Below, piece after piece: positions 59,401 through 64,000 of a stretch of DNA of 64,000 bases; within the stretch, counting starts at the first letter, position 1; each line of letters opens with the position of its first letter. A program made the translations under genes and the position numbers. The notes beneath the pieces are model-generated. The model saw nothing but the letters and a program-made list of their open reading frames with translations, was not told the DNA's origin and did no database searches. Source of the stretch: Oculina patagonica (taxonomy: Eukaryota). Location of the stretch: contig NC_135758.1 of NCBI RefSeq assembly GCF_052425735.1, forward strand, positions 11,594,001 to 11,658,000, in the 5' to 3' direction.

Positions 59401-62400
59401 ATGCGATTTTTTGTGGTTTTCTAACGGCAAAGATACAAATGAAATCTAATCGGAAGGAGATGTAAATCATTTGGTGAGTTAGATTCATGTATAGTTTTAT
59501 CAAATCTGCTTTCACATTTTTTCGATCACATTCAGTTTGCCGATAATCCCCGTTTATAAACTTTAAGTTTTCGGTTTTCGCCATACATTTCTCCTCTACG
59601 CCTGATAATTTTGGTCTCAAAAACTGTTCGCAGAAAACGTTCATGAATACAAATGAAATTCGAAGTCTGCACTTCAATTCTTGTACAATGTGGTTCTTAA
59701 TACATCAATCTATTGTGTTCCGCTTTCACATTTTTACATTTGTTAATTTGTCAAGAAATATTTAATAAAACATTTCATTCTCCATACATTTTCTTTGTAA
59801 TTCTTGCGTTCGCTTCTACGGTCAATGTACCGCAGGACATACTATTCGCGGACTCGGAGGTCCGCGATTTCTAGAGATGAACCAGCTGACACTGTAAAGA
59901 GAAAAAAAAAACAATAATAATAAGAGGCACCAGTTACTCAGTTGCATGTTATAAAGACACTGTCACGGGAATTTTTAATGCTTTTTGGCAAAAAGTACTA
60001 AAATTGGCGAATACGTCTTCTCGTACATGAAATGCACCTAGTACATCAAGATGGGCTGATATAATGTTGAAGGAAGAAGGGAGCCATAATAATTTTTAGG
60101 TGTTCTCCAGTCCGAAAGGACGAAACTTGAAAAAAAATCAGCCTGACTTTTTCAAGTTTAGATCTAAAGTTCCCGATGGCATCACAATAATATCACTTGT
60201 TTATCGCTTCAGTACACTTTCATGGTGATTTTTAACAAAGATTGACCACTATTCGTAGTGTCTTTAGGCTCTTGAGGTTTGAAGTGAAACTGTTGACAGT
60301 GCCCCTTTAATTACTGGATATTAAAACGTACAAAAACCAAAATTTTTAAGCTTTTTCTGCGCTTTGCTTTGTCAACAACGTTTATTTGTCCTGTAAACAT
60401 TACAAAAACTAAAGGTACAAAATATAAATTAAAAACACAGACAGTAACTGTAACTGGTCACACAAAATAACTTAAAAGTTAAACTAATTTGAAGCACGCA
60501 ATTAAGGAAATGATAAAAGCAGTAAAGATATGTAGGGAAAAGAAAAACATGAGCCGATTAAGGAGTTGTGTTTTGCCCTCCTTCTCACAAGCCCTATTCC
60601 CTTCTGAGTGTGTTATGAGAAAAAACATAGGACGGAAAACACATATGTTTTATAACATCGCAAATATATTCCATTTGACTAGAAAATAAACATTTAAAAC
60701 CATTAGAACGCCAAAATTCAATACGTCCATGTTGATGTGTATTACTACAAATTGACGCATTAGATAATTTAGCTGCAAAGATTTGATTGGTTAAGCAACC
60801 ATCGAATATCATATTTTACATCTTTAAAAAATTAGTGTTCTTGTAAGAGCTTACCGAGTTCTTTAGAGATCTCGTATGGAACAATCTTTGTTCTCCAAGT
60901 GTATTTTCGGCTGCGCAATGCGTCTTTATGCCCACTCTTTTCCGTATCAGTAATGTTTTCTGGACCCATGTCAAGTTTAATATCACCTTCCAATAAGTCG
61001 TGTAAGTCCTCGGCTAAAAATGCAAAAAGGAATGTACTCTCTAAACAGTTAAAATGTTACGGCTCATAATTTTAATGACCGTGACGTTAAGTTTCTTCAA
61101 GTGTGAAACATTTCAACGTAAGTTGTGGGTACAGTTTTCTTCTTGGCTAACAGTTTCTGTTTCGTATTTTGATTTCAGTCTGCGTCAAAGAAAAGGCAGG
61201 TAAAAAGGCAAAATCACTCTGCTATCCATGAATAACATTTCTGTTTGCTTGCTTTAAGTACCAGCAGTTTTTCGTAGTTCTGAATGTTGTAACCCAGCTA
61301 GAAATCAGTCTAAGGAGCAAGGTGTGGCTATTTTGGGTATTGCTTTTTTGTTGATGGACAGTGAAATGTTTGCACGTGTGTGTAGCTCTCCCAAAAATTA
61401 AAATCAATGACACCCACTATCGAAATAACGCTAGAAGCAAACAAAACCTATCTAAACTAGTTCCTTAAGTTATTTGGCAGATAAATCTGACTTCTGCAAA
61501 ACAAAATCTTATTTTTGGTGATGCGGGAATGTATAATCGCCAGCCAATATTTCTTTTTTAGTACAACGATTCAGTGATCGAGACACCTGTCTCTATCTTT
61601 TTCAAAAAAAAAAAGTATGAAATAAGCGGGCGGGAAGGATGCATTCTCTGACACTCGTAGGCTCGATTTCTGCCGTGTCCGATGTGTCCCAGAGGCGTTC
61701 TCTCTTGTTTCGCTAACCGCTCCCATGTCACTCGTCGCTTGCTGATTTCTCGTCAGGTTTGGAAGAAAGAAAAATATTACCCGAATTCGACGACGGAATA
61801 AGCAGTGTACAAACCTTCATTAGTTTTCCAAATCTCGTCAAAAGCAGAAAGGTTCTCATTATTTAATGCAGGTCGCTTCATGTCAACGTCACCTACGTGG
61901 TCCACCGGGTTTCCTGAAACTGATTAAAGATGATTAACCTAATATTGAAACCCCTGATAATACCTGAGTTTGGTCTTTATAGTTGGCCATGGTGTAACGA
62001 GAGATGGAACAGGGAAGAAAACAAACAGAGTTTAACGAGGACAGCAGACAAGAGAGAGGTAAAAATGCTTTGATAAAGGGCTCTTCATTTCACTTTAGCA
62101 AACAGTTTGCCTGCGTTTCAATGCACCTCTGAACAGGAAATGACGGAACTAACATTTGCTGTCTTGACTCGAAATGCGCGAGTCACAGATAAAACGAAAA
62201 AAACTGAGTAGACGATCGACAGAGTAGAAGTCCATTTAATTATATCATTCATTTTTTCTGTACTATATAGCCTTAAGTCGTTGTAAATATTTGTCTTGTT
62301 GCAACCTAAAATCTACTCGAAACATTTTTTAAAAGGTTCAAGTAGATATAACGTTACCAGAAAGATGGATATTTACAATAATTCGTAGTTCTATAAAAAA

Positions 62401-63014
62401 TAATAAACCATTAACTACGATTGTATATGTTCAATTTAAATTTTTAAAGCCAATATTTTCTTTTAATTGTAGGTCTGAAGAAGACTAGCTCTATTAGTTA
62501 AAATATTTCCTAACAAATACTATACTTTGCAATTGCCCTGTTTGCCCTTATTGCTTATACTTATTAGTTTGCTCAATTCGTATTCCGGTAGCGAGAAACC
62601 AGCCACCTTTGTTTATGGCAAAATACAATAAAAATAACCTGTTTAAGGCACGGGTTCTTGCTTAATTTTGCCAAACAAAACTATCATATTGCTGTTACTC
62701 AGGGGTAGTTAAAAAGAGGCGAGAAAAAAAGAAAAAAATTAACTGCTTCATTTTAAAATAACAAAGATAACCTATTTTCATTCGAGGCGTATTTTTGTCC
62801 TTTTGTTCACAAGGAACACACAACAAAAGAAGCAAACACCAACATAGACAGTGGATCTGACGGCTCTGATATGAAAACAAACTAAAACAACCAGAACAGG
62901 TGAAAGAAGTTATCTTGATAACTCACCATCTTCACGCTGGACAAAGGGTCCTCCATAGATCTCACACACGACAAAGAAAAATATCATTAAAAAGCGAAAT
63001 ACTTGGTTGATCAT
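53462..63014 (-). CDS. Secreted astacin (M12A) metalloprotease with 2 TSP1 and 1 MAM domains; exons 63014-62927, 61913-61815, 61013-60855, [59891-59843, 59071-58958: one ancestral exon split by a transposon], 58237-58059, 57098-56874, 56477-56307, 55896-55717, 55012-54860, 54502-54246, 53542-53462
   Basis: Signal peptide, LEGDI pro-domain switch, [19 protein letters not shown] zinc motif, SIMHY Met-turn, WSSWS and WGHWSPW..CSVTCG TSP1 repeats, FWYHMYG and GDIGIDD MAM motifs. Confidence 0.9.
57338..57595 (+). mobile_element. Foldback insertion with a hammerhead-like loop, 7-bp TSD CAAACCT, inside a dispersed repeat
   Basis: 86-bp arms 57367-57452 and 57511-57596. CAAACCT occurs at 57331-57337 and 57596-57602. 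An uninterrupted copy of the host repeat lies at ~27820-28090. Confidence 0.8.
57474..57515 (+). ncRNA. Minimal type-I hammerhead ribozyme-like motif
   Basis: CTGATGA-T-GGTATA-gct-TATACC-GAAA-TATA. Stem I is short (ACAAT with ATT(A)GT). Confidence 0.5.
58321..58664. mobile_element. CCCAGGGGGG-TAC family MITE
   Basis: CCCAGGGGGGTACTCCGGGATC...GATCCCGGCGTACCCACCCTGGG with 8-bp TSD AACAAATG and internal GGGATTTTTTT repeats. Confidence 0.85.
59067..59879. mobile_element. Non-autonomous TIR element inserted in an astacin coding exon
   Basis: TIRs CATC(G/T)CTAGAAATCGCGGAC at both ends. Precise removal restores [13 protein letters not shown]. Termini are uncertain by a few bp and no clear TSD is seen. 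Confidence 0.85.
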
Positions 63015-64000
63015 CTTGAGTTGAAGGGTTCAAAATCGTGTAGATCTTTCTCAAAGTTGACTAGGTTTTATTATTGTGTTGATAAAGGTCGCTAGGCGGG
63101 AGGTTTTCCTAACTTATCAACCCTATCAAAGAAAAAAGAAAATATGACACTTCTTATTTAGCAGCTTATAAAAATGGGATCGTTCAATGAACAAATGTCC
63201 ATTTAAGTCACAAACAATTCTAAAACTTGACGTCTTCGTTCCGCAGACCAGAAACAATTCAACTTGTTGATGTTATCGAGGACTGACAATACCAGAAGCT
63301 TTTGACAATCCAACTTCTCACTAAAGACTAAATAACTTTCTCCTAGCCAACAATTAGGTTGTTTTAACTGTCACGGCTCATTTTAATTTTAAGTATTGTA
63401 CTTTATATTACCTGAAACTTACCATAAGGACATTGGACGCCTATATCGCACCAGAACGTACGTTAGTTATCCACTTTTTCCATGTCCATTCCTTGATATT
63501 TATGTTTCGCGAAATGTTTCACAGAGCAATTCATGAAACATAGATGTCGCAAAAGGACTCGGTCGAGTTGTTAACATGTGCAGTTCCCTGATCAGAAGCG
63601 AAGTTGCGAATAGCGGTACACTGGACTCTTCCCTGTTTACATGTCTCTCCCAATATAATGGTCCGCGCTTTAACTTTTAGGGGTTACCTTTTTCAATCTA
63701 CTTCCAAGAGATCGAGTTTGTTTAAAGGAAGACCATATTCCGTAAGCTTGAGCGGTTGTTTTTATTTAACAAATCGTCAACGAAACAAATTTTACAGCTA
63801 ATATCACTGTGATTATCGAGCGCTTTGCAGACTGCGAATTTTTCATGGTAGCCTGCGAATATCGCAGGATATCTGTTACGCACGGATCACGAGCGAATAA
63901 CAATGACTTTCTGACTACAAATGGGCGTCGTTACAATTGACTCGTTGGATAATGATTATATATATAGCCTCTATTTCTACCGTTTTATGCTTCTCGCTCG

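Overview
Intron-rich animal DNA, most likely a cnidarian (stony coral). This is inferred from the repeat families and the intronless TPR-CHAT gene, not proven. I assembled six protein-coding genes by hand from splice sites and reading-frame phase: (1) a CXorf65/C22orf15-like gene (-), head-to-head with (2) AGGF1 (+, 13 coding exons, OCRE-FHA-G-patch); (3) an LRRC74-like LRR+EF-hand gene nested antisense in an AGGF1 intron; (4) an intronless TPR-CHAT (caspase-like) protease gene (-); (5) a 17-exon MGAT5-like glycosyltransferase (-); (6) an astacin-TSP1-TSP1-MAM metalloprotease (-). Also present: an L2/CR1-type LINE with esterase ORF1 and intact ORF2, a 2.1-kb TTAA-flanked foldback, tRNA-derived SINEs, Penelope-like fragments and many MITEs. 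The most notable observations are: an ~0.8-kb TIR element inside a catalytic-domain exon of the astacin gene that carries its own splice sites and can be spliced out in frame (introner-like); a hammerhead-ribozyme core whose predicted cleavage site coincides with the arm boundary of a foldback insertion; hairpins built from tandem GA mismatches and GNA triloops (a single-stranded-DNA signature); and an inverted relic copy of the astacin 3' end that preserves the pre-insertion state.
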